Source of the DNA: Lama glama | Taxonomy: Eukaryota | Direction: 5' to 3' | Length of the DNA: 64,000 bases | NCBI GenBank assembly: GCA_028534125.1 | Contig: CM052817.1 | Location: forward strand, 39,930,001 to 39,994,000 | Shown here: positions 13,369 through 26,879 of the stretch, piece after piece | Layout: each line of letters starts with the position of its first letter | Numbering within the stretch: the first letter of the stretch is position 1 | Program-made: the position numbers and the translations under genes | Notes under the pieces: generated by a model | What the model saw: the letters and a program-made list of their open reading frames with translations, nothing else | What the model was told of the DNA's origin: nothing | Databases searched by the model: none

Positions 13369-14144
13369 AAATTAAATGGTAGTGAAAGAAATAACTAGTT
13401 TCCACTGTAGAAGAATATGTTACACATGATATGGAGACCACCTCATGTACTGTGTGCCTTAGAAAAATGTAGTGTGACCATTCCTGTACTCACTCCATCT
13501 CTAGGTCAGAGATTTGTGTTTTTTTCCCAAGGGTAAGGTACTTCTGTCTTGTCCTTTTCCAATTTTATACCATTCTCTATTCTACAGACTTAAAGGTTGG
13601 AAAGCCCTGGAGCAATTTAGATACTTAAATATTTAACAGTATTCTTAAAAAATCTTCCCTATTATTGTCATTAAATGCTGTAAGGTTTTATAATATCTTT
13701 GATTTAAATTGAATTTGTTCCTTATTTTTATACATTTGATGATAGTCCACTAGTTTTTTAATTGGTTTTTAGGTTACTTTATTAAATGCAACTTATATAT
13801 TTATTTAAATTCTCATAGACCTTTCAAAGAACAATAACAAGCCTAGTTTATCTGATTTTGCAGCACTCCAAACTTCAGGCATATTTGCATATTTAACATA
13901 GTCTTCCTAAACGCACTTTAAAAAAATTCTTATACATCTAATAAATTTACAAATTTACTACAGCAAGTTCTCTAAGCATTTAAACATCTCAAAAAACAAA
14001 CAACATTGATAGAAAAACCTATACATATACAATTTGTACAAAAATGTCATTTTCTCATGCCAAAGTTACAAATTTACCCCCATAGCCAGAGTTAACAGAA
14101 TTACCAGTTCAGGTCCTCTACACCAAGTAAGGTAACAATTAGCC

Positions 14145-14487
14145 TTTTTTTAATTAAAAAAATTTTTATTGAAGTACAGTTGACTTACAATGTTGTGTTA
14201 GTTTCTAGTGTACAGCACAGTGATTCAGTTATACATATTCTTTTTCATTATAGGTTATTATAAGCTATTAAATATAGTTCCCTGCTCTATACAGTAGGGC
14301 CTTGTTTATTTATGCTGTATATAGTAGTTTGTATCTGCTAATCCCAAACTCCAAATTTATCCGTGACCTCCCCTTCCCCCACGGTAACCATAAATTTGTT
14401 TTCTATGTTTGTGAGTCTCTTCTGTTTTGTAAATAAGTTCATTTGTGTCATTCTTTTTTTTAGACTCCACATATAAGTGATATCATA
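14145..14487 (-). mobile_element. Antisense L1 3' fragment
   Basis: Poly-T start; reverse complement of the L1 tail family seen at about 12900-13360. Confidence 0.85.
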
Positions 14488-15239
14488 ACTAGCTTTTGAT
14501 TAGAGTCTAGAAACAGGCTATAGAACCACTAGTGTGTTGGGTTCAACCCCTTCCTATGCTTAGGTGTCAGATGTTGGGGTCATTAAAAGCAAAGCCTGAG
14601 ATAAGGACTTGGGGTCCACTGGTTTATTTGAGAGGTGCTCTCAGGAAGCAAGCATGAGAGATCAGGGAGAGTGAGATGGAGGAGATCAGGGAGAGTGAGA
14701 CTGAGATCTGTTGTTGGGTTTGCTGAAGTAGACAATGAGAAATCAGTTTCACCAGTACTGCCGATAAACATGTGGATGCTTTTCATAATTTTTCCCTGAT
14801 TAGTCTCATATTTCTTAACACCTCTCATTTTATAGTCACTTTATTGTCAATTACAATTTCGGTAAAGAAAACCAACTTCACATAAAATAGTTTTAAGGAC
14901 TGAAGCATTATAGTTATTGATTCTACTATTGAAGCTAGAAAGTCACTTTTACAAATTTAACATCTATTTTGGCAGTCAAATGATACTTTTTTAAAATCTA
15001 AAACACCTCTAGGACTCAGCTCCAAAATTCGGATGAAAAATAGTAGAGAAGAAAAATTGTTCTAAAGATCAAATATTATGATGAATGCAGAATTGCTTAA
15101 AAAATGTAAATCTGTAAAAATGAATGGTGCATATAGAGTGAAGTGTTTGGCTGATTCATCACTTAAGCAAATATTTGTGGAATGAATGAATTCACTCACC
15201 AACTACTAGGTGTTATGTTCCCATATTAGGCAGGTTTCT

Positions 15240-15595
15240 CCTGAGATTTATGATGTATTTTAAGGAACTGGCTCACGGGATTATGGAGGCTGTAAACCCA
15301 AAATCTGCAGGGTAGGCCAGCAGGCTTCTGACGCAGGAAAAAACCAATGTTGCAGTAAAGTCTGGAGGTCAATTGCCTGCAGAATTCCTTTTTGCTTGGG
15401 GGAGATCAGTCTTTTGTTCTATATATAAGGTCTTCAAATGATTGGAAAAGGCCCACCCACATTACAAAGGGCAATCTGCTTTACTCAAAGTCTATCATTT
15501 TAAATGTTAATCTCATGAAAACATCCAGAATAATATCTGACCAATTATCTGGGCACCATAGCTCAGCCAAGTTGACACATAAAATTAACCATCCT
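15240..15595. mobile_element. ERVL MLT2-like LTR
   Basis: 'taaggaactggctcacgggattatggaggct...aagttgacacataaaattaaccatc' matches recalled MLT2 termini. Confidence 0.75.
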
Positions 15596-15683
15596 GCTTC
15601 CAATGGGTAATAAGTTTAAAAAAACAGAGAGCCCCTTCCCCCAGGTATTCACAGTCCAGATTGAGGGACCAGAGCCTTGTAGA

Positions 15684-15738
15684 TTTGTTTTGTTTTGTTT
15701 TGTTTTGTTTTGTTTTGTTTTGTTTTGTTTTGTTTTTG
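15684..15738. repeat. (TTTTG)n microsatellite
   Basis: Directly visible. Confidence 0.95.
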
Positions 15739-15949
15739 AAGAGACAATCCAGTCTCTGCTATTTCTTAATAGTTCATAGCAGACAGTGCCTTGGCAATAA
15801 AGTCAAGGGGGACCCAGAAAGTTGGGGATCCCCCCATGTGACTGTTCTATTGTCCCATAAATTTACAGAGTGACATTTGTGTACTTCCCTCAGTCTCCTG
15901 TACATTTCAATCGGCCCACTTTTTTTTTTTTGAAACCCATCACCTCTGG

Positions 15950-16105
15950 GCAGTGCCAGCATCATAGGTATGACCTATGCAGTCACTCAAGAGTCTCTGC
16001 TCAGAAGGACCTCGTACTTGGTTTCATGTCTTGCAAGAGCCATTTTGAAAATTACTCTGCATTTTCATTTTGCACCGGGCCCCCCAAATTATGTAGCTAG
16101 TCCAG
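15950..16105. mobile_element. MER91-like hAT DNA transposon relic
   Basis: 'cattttcattttgcaccgggccccccaaattatgtagc' resembles the MER91 end. Confidence 0.5.
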
Positions 16106-17567
16106 TCTCAGGGTACTGGATAAAGAATGAGTCACTGAACCTTCAAATCTGAAGTTCATATCCATCAAAACCCCCAGCATCTATTTTCTCTGCTAGATTT
16201 ACGTCTGATCTCACTCTCTACCATTTTTTAAACACTTATCTTCCCGTCTTTCTTATACAACTTTGAACTTTTCCGCCCAGGCACTATGGTTTATAAGCAT
16301 TCTTACAGCTTTTATGAAAATCAGCAATATAACTGAGTAAAAACAGAAATATCTAATGCTATTTTAGGAATCTAGCCCAAAGAAATAGTATGGCTGAAAA
16401 TTTACCTAAGAGCATGGTTAGGGGGAAAAGTTACTACAGTATTGAAAAACTAAAAACTGTCTAACTGCCCAAGAGAATGGCTAAATAAATCATGATATAT
16501 CCAAATGAGGGATTATTTTACAGCCATTTTTGGAACAATATGTAGTGACAGGGAAGATGCTCATAATACTTTAAGTGAGGAAAACTGAGAAAACTTTCTA
16601 CATAGAGGTTACTCTCAGAAGTTATGGAAAAGATTTAAAATTCCTAGAATGGAATACAGTATCTGCTTAACAATAGTGTCAGTAACAAAGTTCAGATGTT
16701 TATGCTTTCAGTCTTGTTCTCTACACTTCAGTCCAACAAATGTATCATTTCCTACCATAAGAACGACTCTGTGAGGGATGCCACCAGAGACTCAAATGTG
16801 AATATATCCCATGGGTTCATTCCAGTTCTTATTTTACTAGAAGCATTTGATACTATTGACCACTTCTCTTTCCTGAAATAATCTCTCTCAGCTTCCATGA
16901 CACCATCTCTCCTGTCCTTACACTCATGTCTCTAGCTGCCCCTTCACTGTACCTTTCTTGGGTTTCTGTTCGTCTGCCTATCTTACATGATGGAGTTTCT
17001 TATATGATGGACAAATGAATCCATCTCAACCCTCTTGTCTCACAATCCATTCTTCCTGATTGAAATCAAGTACTATCACCCTATAGTTACAGGAATGGGC
17101 CATGGTCTCTTTTGTTCTCTGCTGAATTTTTAATATTCATCTTTATTAATTTTATCCTGAATGTGAACACATGGTGTTTAGATCAGAGACAGATTATCAC
17201 TGTTCACTGATAGTGAGGTTCCCCACATCCCAATCCTTACTCCTGGAGCAACACAATGAAAGCCAGGTCAAATGCCCTCTGCATATAAGCCACAAAGTCT
17301 GTATCACAAGTGAGGAATGGAGGAAAATGGACTTTCTATGCTTATACACAGGAAAAAAAGGCAGGTGCCTCCCCTACTCTTCATGAAAAGAGGGAGAAAA
17401 ATCTTTGCTCATTGGAGACAGGATGGAAAGGATTGTGGGCTCTCACATTAACTTTCCGGAAGGTAAATAAAATCTCTCCAGGGCCTCTCCATGCTTCCAA
17501 GTCTCATTTTCTTTGAAATGTCACACCTAGGGAGATAGTGTTCCAGTCTTCCCGGCACCTTGGCAAT

Positions 17568-18300
17568 TTGTGGTATAATAAAAAAACATTTATTTGGTCT
17601 TTGCCCCTGGTTCCTGGCACAATGCCTCAGAAGCCCTTGTAATTTCCTGAGTAATAGGAGTGTCTTTTGTATTCACAGGAGTCCTTTTCTACCAGATATG
17701 AGTTTATGCTAATGAGTTGACTCAAGGTGGACTCTCAGATAGTTTTGAGGGAGAGATTGGCCACCTACTAAAACTTTCAGCCCCACTCCTGAATCTCAGG
17801 AGAGAGGAGGGAGGCTGGAGAGAGGAGGGAAGCTGGAGACTGAGTTCAATCACTGTTGGCCAATGATTTAATCAATCACGCCTATGCAATGAAGCCTTGG
17901 TAAACTCTGGAACAAGATTCAGAGAGCTTCCTGGTTGTTGAACACACGGATGTGCCAGGATGGTGGTGAACTTTGACTCTATGGGAAAAGAAGCTCCTGT
18001 GCTTGGGACTCTTTTGAACCTTGCCTTATATACCTCTCTATCTGATTGTTCATTTGTATCTTTTATAAGAAATTGCAACCATAAGGATAGTTCTTTCTTG
18101 AGTTATGTGAATCATTCTAGAGAATTATCACACCTGAGAGAGGGTCAGGGGAAATCCCTGAATTTGTGATCAGCCACGTGAAGTGCAGTTAACCTGAGAC
18201 TCCATTTGTGGCTGGCGTCTGAAGTAGCGGTGGTTTTATGGGACAGAATACATAACTTAAAGGGTCCGTGACAGCTCTGGCCAGTTAGTATCAGAACTGA
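17568..18300 (+). mobile_element. MER21-like solo LTR, copy 1
   Basis: 'ttggtctttgcccctggttcctggcac...gagttcaatcac...gccaatgatttaatcaatca'; clearly homologous to 19790-21190. Confidence 0.75.
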
Positions 18301-18672
18301 TCTGGCCACTCTGGAAGTTCCAGTTTTCTCTGTGCCTCCCCTGAGTTCTTTTCCTCAGAGATAGAACAGCACACAGCATTCTTACTTCACATATAAACCT
18401 CCTCAAAATGATGAAAAGCAAAGGAAAAGGTGGGCTCCTTCTCTCAAAGGTGGAATCTTTCCCTCAAATCTATAGAAATACACACTGAGGGGCTTCCAAG
18501 AAGTGTAACTAAGAATCACGTTACTCAGGTAATTTCTACTTTGGGGACAATCTAAGTGCTTGATACTCCTACAGAAATCCATCTTTCCAAAGGCTAAGAC
18601 AATGTCAATTGAATTTGAGATGCCTTTGTTGATTTTGAGAATCCTGGTTTTAAAAAAAAAAGGCACTGAAAC

Positions 18673-19016
18673 TGTTAAAAGGTAAACTAAGGCGTAATAA
18701 ACATTTTAAGGTTTTTTTTTTTTTGAAATATTTATCTATTCGAATAAGGCTGCACCAAACTGGAAGTGGTTAGGAACACTCCTCGGACAGGAGCCAGGGG
18801 AAAGACATATGCAAAAAGTGTGGAAAGAGAAAAAAGAAAGAAAAAGAAAGTACTTGATTGGCTGGGCTTTAAAGCCTAGTTGGCTCTTTGTGACTGGCTG
18901 TCCTTAGCATTCTGATTTCCTAATCTTGAGGCTTAGATTTGGGTTTAGTAATTTAGGCAGCCACAGCATAGAATCATGTCAGTCCTGTGGCCTCATTTAA
19001 TTAACTTCATAAAACA
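18673..19016. mobile_element. Probable ERV1-class solo LTR
   Basis: TG...CA ends ('tgttaaaaggtaaactaaggc'...'taaaaca') and LTR-like text; family not determined. Confidence 0.45.
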
Positions 19017-19789
19017 CATGGAGGAGGATGGCTCTAGGGTCAGGAGGCCCCCTCTAGCAATGTTGGCCCTTGGCCTAAACATCTTACCTATCCCCCAAGC
19101 ACAGAAGACACCCTATGAAGACCCATATCCCCAAAGAGTACCCTTATTCCAGGGCCAGTGCAGCCTCAGAAGCTCTCTATTGTCCTCCAGTCAGGGCTGC
19201 AAGAACTCCTGCCCCTGTACAGCAGATCCCACCCAGCAAAATATTGTAACTTTTGCAACTGGGAAAGGACAGGTAGGAAAAGCCCAGGCCGGATGGCTGA
19301 GTCAGCAAGGGCTGCCACTTCAGAACTTCCCTCATTCCCCAGAGGCAGGCATACATGTCATTAACTGAGCTGCTTATCTGATATGAGTCTGTTTGTTTCT
19401 GGCTGTGGAAGAGAGGCAGTGTGTGGGTTACTGTTAATCATTGCCCTCCAGTTATGTGTCCTTAAAATGAGCTCATCCGTTTCCAACTTCTGAAAGAGTA
19501 AGCTGCAAAGCCAGCTGGCACAAGTAGGCTTCAGGGTGCTACTGCTCTGTCTCACCTTGGAGCATGTCTTTTATTTTTACAAGAAATATCCTAAGCTGAG
19601 TCTAAGTGACCTGATTGCAAACATTTGCCCTATTAGTCTGTTACTATAAGGAAGGAAGAAGAGAATTTATGCACGTAGAGTTTCGGTTAGGACTAGAATT
19701 GATTTACCTTTAAGTCCTCTTCTGATAATATATAATATTTTTATACAGAATATATATTTATGAATATTTATATATCTATATAATATTGT

Positions 19790-21190
19790 CCTATAAGAAA
19801 AATATGTGGTCTTTGTCTCCAGTTCCTGGCACAAAGTTCCTAAAACCCTTGGAATTTCCTGAGTGGTTAGGGTGTCTTTAGTCATTCAGAAGGAGCCCAG
19901 ATGAGTGCACCTGAGTTTATGTTAATGTTGGAAAGTCCCAAAGGATGGAGGCTGGTTGCCAGAGGAACCAACCACCTGACTAGTGGTTTGAAACTTTTAG
20001 CCCCACTCCAGACCTCCAGGGAGGGGAGAGGGACTAGAGATTGAGTTCAATCACCATGGCCAATGATTTCATGAACCTTGTCTATATAATGAAGCCTCCA
20101 GAAAAACCCCAAAAAGACAGGGTTCAGAGTTCCAGGTTGGGAATCACGGGGAGGTGAAAGGAGAGTAGTGTATGCCTAGAGAGGGCATTGAAGCTTTGTG
20201 CCCTTTCCCACGCACCTTGTCTTATTCATCTGCTCCACCAGGCTGTTCCTGAGTTATGTCCTTTTGTAATGAACTGATAATTTGATAAGTGAAATCTTTT
20301 CCTAAATTCTGTGAGCTACTCTGGCAAATCAATCAAACCCAAAGAAGGGGTCTTGGGAACCTCCAATCTATAGGCGGTGTAGGGGAGAAAAACCTGTCAC
20401 CCTAAAATGTGTCTCTTTGGGAATGGGGATTATTTTAGGGTGGTTGTGTTTGTAAGAAACAAACAGCTCAGGAAGAGCCTTGACCTCCCCTCCCCTCCAA
20501 CTGCCTAAAAGACTTTAAATAGAGAATCTGTTCCAGGAAGGGAGTTATCACCATAGATAACTACAGTATGATGTGAGCTAGGTGTGGCAGACAGAGAGAA
20601 ATCTAGCAAAATCTGTTTGTTAAAATTCTCTCTGTGTCCTGTTGTTTTTGTATGGTCCAGCAAACATTTGTTTACCAAAGATTTGCTCTTTTCATTCTTT
20701 CTGTGAATAATCTTTCCCTTTGAAGTCCCAGACTCCTATCCCCTTCTCTTTAGTGCAGGAAACCATATATACTTCATTTTACCTGACTGTCTTTTTGATA
20801 CCTTCATGTTTGGATTCCTCATTTATATGTAATTAAATTTGATTTTCTTCTCTTAATCTATCTCATGTCAATTAATTCTGAGACCAGCCATAAAAACCTA
20901 TAAGGGTAGAGGAAAACTTTTTTCCTCTCCAACAATGGTAGGTAAGAAGCACAGGGAACAACCTGGACTTTCCATGGGCTTCTGAAGGGGTGGGGGCAGT
21001 CTTAAAGGACTGAGCCCTCAACCTGTGGGATTTGAGGCAAAGTCCAGATAGATCGTGCCAGAATTGAGTAAAATTATAGGACACTCGGGTGTCACAGAAT
21101 TGCTTGATGTGTGGAAAATGCTACATCTGGGGTCACAACTCAAGAAGAGTATTGAGAGTATTCACATACAGGAGAAAGTATGTTCTTCCC
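19790..21190 (+). mobile_element. MER21-like solo LTR, copy 2, interrupted by a nested LTR
   Basis: Homologous to 17568-18300; homology breaks at 20377 and resumes at about 20935. Confidence 0.75.
20378..20934 (+). mobile_element. MER34-like ERV1 solo LTR nested in MER21
   Basis: Ends TGTAGGGG...CTCCAACA; homologous to 26169-26879 (reverse) and 49306-49790; degenerate 4-bp flanks gcgg/atgg. Confidence 0.75.
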
Positions 21191-21799
21191 TTTACAAATC
21201 TATAATAAAATATCCCAGTGTCTTGATCCCTTTGTCTACAATTGAACAAACTGTGAGCTAGTTTTGTAAAACTTATTAAGAACCACCCCTCGCCACCACC
21301 ATCGCAGACTTAAAATACCACAGAATCACTGGATTTTAAAGAAACCAGCAGACTAACCTAATTCCCTAGAATACTAAAATCCAACTGAATGACTTCCCCA
21401 CGGTCACTCAGTAAGGGGTTAAATGGGATAAAGCATGCAATGTGCCTGTAACTGTGCCTGGTACACAGCCCCATCCAAGAGGTGCTCCGACCAGATGTTC
21501 CAGCTGCAGTCTCTTAGCATCCCATACACCCGCTGCCTGCCGATTAAACGATCTCCCTTTAATTGACTATAAATTCTCAGACTTGCGTAAAGAACGCCCT
21601 TAGTTTCGAGGACTGTTTTAGTTTACATTCTTGGATTTGGCCGCTTGGTGCTTTTTTAGCTTTGAAAAGGAAACACCTGGCAGCAAATCAGTAGTTTGGG
21701 CTCAGTAGGTGTTTCCCAGTGTGTTTTTTCATCCACTGGTACAACTGCTACGTATCCTGATAACAGCATTCCTTTACCTGAGAGACTCCCTTACAGAGG

Positions 21800-22400
21800 G
21801 CAAGGTGACCACGGTATTCCCTAGTTCACGTTACTCCAAAGGCTCGAGCCGCTCCGCCGCCGCCGGAACCGGACAGGCACGCACGGCCACCCCGCGGGCG
21901 TCACTGCGCATGCCTGGCCGTGACCTGACGCTCGGGAGTGACGTGAGGCCCCCGCCGGTCCACGCTCTCCGGAGCTCCATGCTGGGCGTGTGCGGCGCGG
22001 GCCTGGCGCGGTCCCTGTGGGCCGGGACGCGGGCATGGCAGTGGGGCTCGCGCGGCCGCTCTCTGGCCCTGGCGCGCGCGGCCGGCGGGCTCCGCGCGGG
22101 GGACTGGCGGCCCTCGGAGGGGCGCGGGCCGCGGGGGCCGCGCGGGCGTGGGCTGCGCCTGTCTGCCGCGGCGGTGGTGAGCTCGGCGCCCCGCCCTCTG
22201 CAGCCCTACCTGCGCCTCATGCGGTTGGACAAGCCCATAGGTGAGTGCGGACGCGCGCGGCGGTCCAGGGGGCCGCGGGCGGAATGGAGATGATGCCTGA
22301 AAGCCGGCGTTGGGCCGCCAGGCGCCCGGTACCCTCGAGACTCCCGGACCCGGCGGCCTCCGAAGTCGGCCGGCTTTCGCACTCTTCTGAATCCTTAGCG
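21800..22400. promoter_or_regulatory. COQ2: CpG island / COQ2 promoter and first exon
   Basis: Abrupt GC- and CpG-rich segment in AT-rich surroundings; CCGGAA (ETS/GABP) 21863-21868, TGCGCATGC (NRF1-like) 21905-21913, TGACGT (CRE/ATF-like) 21939-21944. Confidence 0.88.
21979..22240 (+). CDS. COQ2: COQ2 exon 1 (mitochondrial presequence and start of the UbiA domain)
   Basis: ATG at 21979; [16 protein letters not shown]...[26 protein letters not shown](G); Arg-rich presequence and the conserved RLDKPIG motif; donor ATAG|GTGAGT. The start codon was chosen by homology to the short human isoform. Confidence 0.93.
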
Positions 22401-25400
22401 CCTGAATAGAGCAAAAAATTCTCTCATTCCACAGTCTTTGTTTAAGCAGTGAGTCTAACAGAAATTCCATCCTCGTGTCGCTACTTTTGCGCAGATTTAC
22501 TGTATGGAAGCACTTCCACGTTTATTATGTTTCATCCTTCCTTTAATCCCGTAAGGTGCCCAGAGCAATAATTGAGACGATAAAGACGCTGAGGAAACTA
22601 AAGCTCTTTGGCAAAGCCAGACCTGGTGATGCTGAGTTTCCTACTCTTTGCCTGCACCATCCGTAACACAAACATTTAATTTATTTGAATGCAGCAGGTA
22701 CAGCATTTATGGACTACGTATCAGCTCACGGTCTCTTCCTAACGGAGGGTTTCCCTGACCGTCCTATTTAAAGTATCACTTATCACTTCACTCTGTCTTT
22801 ACTCCCAGCTTTTCTTCTTAGCACGCACCACTAGCCAACCTTGTGACTTTATTTGTTGATAGACTTCTCCTGTGCAGTATAAGCTGCACTTATATGGGAC
22901 TTTTATATCTAGTGTCTAGAACAGAGCCTGGCGGTAGTGGTTGAATAAATTAATTCCTACAACATCGCCTAGCCTTGGGGATAGAAAGAGCTATGGAAAC
23001 TCCCTACTTCCAAAAAACTCCCCGTCTAGTTCGGAAAGACAGTATTGGGTGAGCTGAGAAAGTACAGGATCAAATATAAGTGATACGGATATGTAGGTAG
23101 AGCAGGAAAAAGAAATTATTGTGACTCTTCATTGCTGGAAAAAGTCAAGAAGAAAGTGTACCTCAAAGGACAGGTAGATTTTGCAGAGGAAAGAAGAGCT
23201 CTTGACTGGTGGAGGAAATATTTTGCAAAGACCTAGGGGTGGAGTGTTGGAACACTAAGGATATAAGCTGGTCTGGAACCCCAGGTGGGCATAGAAAATA
23301 GTGGGAGTCAAGGCTGGATAAGAGCTGGGCAATTTAAAGTATTACCTATCACCTCACTCTGACTCTTTCCCCCCACTTTTCTTCTTAGCACTGAGGGATG
23401 GACACTGGGGAGGGAGAGGGAGGAGGCTGAATTCCAGGTAATCTGGATGATGACATTTACCATTGCAGTGAATGAAAGTACATTCAAATGCCTGGATATA
23501 TTCCGTCCACTTTTGTCCAGCCAAGACCCCAAAGTAGGCCTGGTTTTGGTATTCTAGGTTTATGCACTACCAGTTTGAGATTAGAGCACAAAGAATTTAT
23601 AACAGTCAACAATTAAAGTATAAAAGCCAATTAAATGATAGGCGCAGTCCTGCCATCATGACCCCTTGCATTTTGGGGCCAGACAAGCCCAGTTTTCGTC
23701 TGAAGCCTGACTCTTACTCTGTTCTTGTGATCTTTGTCCCTGTAGTGTAGGCTGTGGGCATGTAAGAGCAGCAGCTGCTGTTAGTCCCAGTTCCGTGAAT
23801 CTCTGGCTTCTCCCTTAGTGGCTAGACCACCCTACTGCATAGTAAGAGGCTATAAAGGGGTTATGTATGAGAAAGCTCTGGAGCCAGACCTCTTGGGTTT
23901 GAAATCTCCACTCTGCCCACTTGAGGGACATCTGGTAAGTTACCTTACCTCTCTGGGGCCTTCACTTCTCATCTGTAAAACAAAGACTTAAGAGAACTGA
24001 CTTTATAAGGTTGTCATGAGGATTCATTAATATACATTAAGTCTTTAAAACAATGTCTGACGTAGTAAATGCTTGCGGATGTTAGCCATTACTTGAAAAG
24101 TAGGAATTGGAGAAGATTGGGTCAATAGTTATTATGCAGGTTAAGAAGATAGCAGCTGGCCTGCTTTGGTTCTAAATGAGGTAACTGCAGGATTTTTCAG
24201 ACAGCCTATTAATAGTACTGTTAGAATTCATTCAGCAAACATTTTTTGAGTCCCTACTATATGCCAGGAACAATAAATTGACAGTAGTAAAAGTCCAGGT
24301 TTGATATTTCTTTATTTAAATTCTTTTGTGGGGTAATTTTATGTTTGTTGTTTTATTTTGTTGAAGTTTGGTCTCTTTATTTTCAGAAACCGAAGTGGGT
24401 TTTGTTGTTTTTCAGAATGAATACAACTTCCTACAACCATGACACAAACCATGTTATTTCAGGAAGTTTCAGCAGGTGGCACTCTTTCCACTAAAAATGG
24501 TGGTGTAATTTTTGTTTTACTGCATTTATGTCTGATTATGTTGTCTTAAAGATAATGTGTAATTAGTGAAAGAATCCTAGGCTCAGTTTACACAGGCTCT
24601 TTGGTCTGCCTATCACCGCTGAGAAGGCTGCTTATTTTAATCTCTCAGAGAGTTTTTTCCTTTTTCTGTAATAAATATTTATTTCTGAAATTTATTTGTA
24701 TCCTTACCATCTCTGCATCTTTCTTCACAGAAGAGAACAGAATGAAAGTGTCATAGGGAAGACAGAAAAAAATGTCTCTGAGAATCAGAAGGGCAGAAGA
24801 ATAATAAGGACGTAAGCATCTGTAAAGATTTAGGTCTCCAGGGTGATAGCACTGGCCTTAGGATATAGACTGGAACCAGGCTGCTTGGGTTTAATTGCAG
24901 CTGTGCCGCTTTTTGCATGTGTGGCCTTAGGCAAATTATTTTCTCTTTGCTTCAGTTTTCTGCATTTGTTAAATGGGTATAAATAAAAGTCACGCCTATC
25001 TCATAGGTTTGTTGTGAGAACCAGAAGTGTTGTATGACAGCCCCTGGCACACAGTAAGCACTATGAATTTGTTATTGTCATTATTGTTTTCATTATTGCC
25101 ATCATCACGAATATTGTCTTATAACAACTCTGAGAGACAGATGTTCTTTCCCCTCACATGTAGATGAGGAAGACTGAGCCTTAAAGTTTAATATACTTTA
25201 GCATCTAGTGTCACTTACTAGGGGCAGACATTGAACCTTCACTACAGGTGTCATCTGTAGGGGTGCCCTACAGAGTCTTAGATCTGTGAATATGTTATCT
25301 ATAATACAGACTTACGGCCAGGGAAACTTTGTCCCTGACACAGAATGCTATCTATAGGTGATTACACATCTTTCTCTCTAGAATTCTTTTTTAAATGACA

Positions 25401-26168
25401 CCTTCAGTTCTAGTTGCACCTGGAAAATAATGTCTGTGAAGTGGTGTTCTTTCTTTTTTTATCAGGGCAGAATCAGCTAGATACTCCTCTGTCCCTCTGA
25501 GCTATACTGGTAGGTCCAGGGAAAAGGAAATGATTAAATACATTATGTTTTACTTAACCTCTGTGCATCTGTTTTCTCATCTGTAAAATAAAAATAATAA
25601 TAATGCGTACTTTACAAATAGGGTGTTTTTGAGTATTAAATGAGTTTGTACTCATAAAGCATTTGGAACACTGCCTGACATTTCATGAACATTTAGAAAT
25701 GTTAGTTATTGTTGTCCAGGACAACCTGAATTCAGGTCTAGACTAGTCATTTCTCATTTTTAGTCTCTCCTTGCCTTTTCAGCAGTGTGAGGCTAACCCC
25801 CTTCTGGAAGAGCCTCCCTGGGTTTTCCCTGCTCCCTCCCCAGTTAACTTGAGTGGCACCGTTTTATGCCTTTATAGGATCCTGCAATTGCCCTGTTGTT
25901 GAATTGATCTGTTTCATTGTTATTTTTTGTTTAACTGTGTTTCTTCCTTTTGATTTATAAGTTATGTGAAGACAGAAAACAGCTCTCTTCTTAGTCACCG
26001 TTGTATTTCCAGTGCCTGCCACAGCTCTGGCACAAAATACACATTTTATAAATATATGCAAGTGAATAAAGCTTAAATTTAATGAAGCTTAAATACGATT
26101 ATTAAGACTTTGTCATTTGACCATTTTGCACAGGCTCTGATGTTTCTTTAGCCACATATCCTATTTCC

Positions 26169-26879
26169 TTTTGGGGGAGGAAGAAGTTATCCTATACCCT
26201 TCTCAGTTCTGACTGGCCTAAGAATTAAATTGACATCCGATTACTAACAGAAAATCAGACAACAATTTAGTAGCATATATGTATGGGAGAGACCCAGGAA
26301 GACTGAGTAACTCACCAAAATACCCTCACCTTAAATACCATCCTCAGCTAAAGGCACAGGAGGATGTTGCGGGGAGTGGTTTCAGACTTCAGAGGGGAGG
26401 GAGGTAATTCACATTGAGCTAGAAAAACAAAGTTTTGATAAACAGTAATCTGTGGTCTCTAGGCCCCACCAAATTTCCCCACCACACCTCGCCCTTATTT
26501 TTTGCAAATATCTGGTGATAGCTCTACTTCAGTAACAAAAATTAAGTGTTTTAATTTTTTTCTTTCCAGGAAGTTGAAAGAGGTATTTATTGGAGCACCA
26601 GTTGCAAAATGTAAGGAAAGTAGACTTAAGAGTCCACAGAATGTTAGTAAGTGCTGCCCATAGACTATATATTTAAGCCATCTTTTTGCTGCTTAGGAAA
26701 TAAAAGCCAAAATGTTGAGTTATTTTGATATGAGGACCTTTATCTGAATTCTTTTAGGCAGTTAAGGAAGGAGGTACAGGAAAACTTCTTGAATCTTCTG
26801 TTTCTTAAAAATAATCAGCCTCAAGTTATCCTCATGCCAAAGGGACACACTCTGGGGTGACAAATTTTACTCCTCTACA
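26169..26879 (-). mobile_element. MER34-like ERV1 solo LTR, antisense in COQ2 intron 1
   Basis: Reverse complement begins 'tgtagaggagtaaaatttgtcaccccagagtgtgtccctttggcatgagga', matching the start of 20378. Confidence 0.7.

Noticed and set aside
21901..22470. 189-aa minus-strand ORF over the CpG island
   Set aside because: Low-complexity Arg/Pro/Ala product antisense to COQ2 exon 1, as expected from stop-codon scarcity in GC-rich DNA; no recognisable homology.
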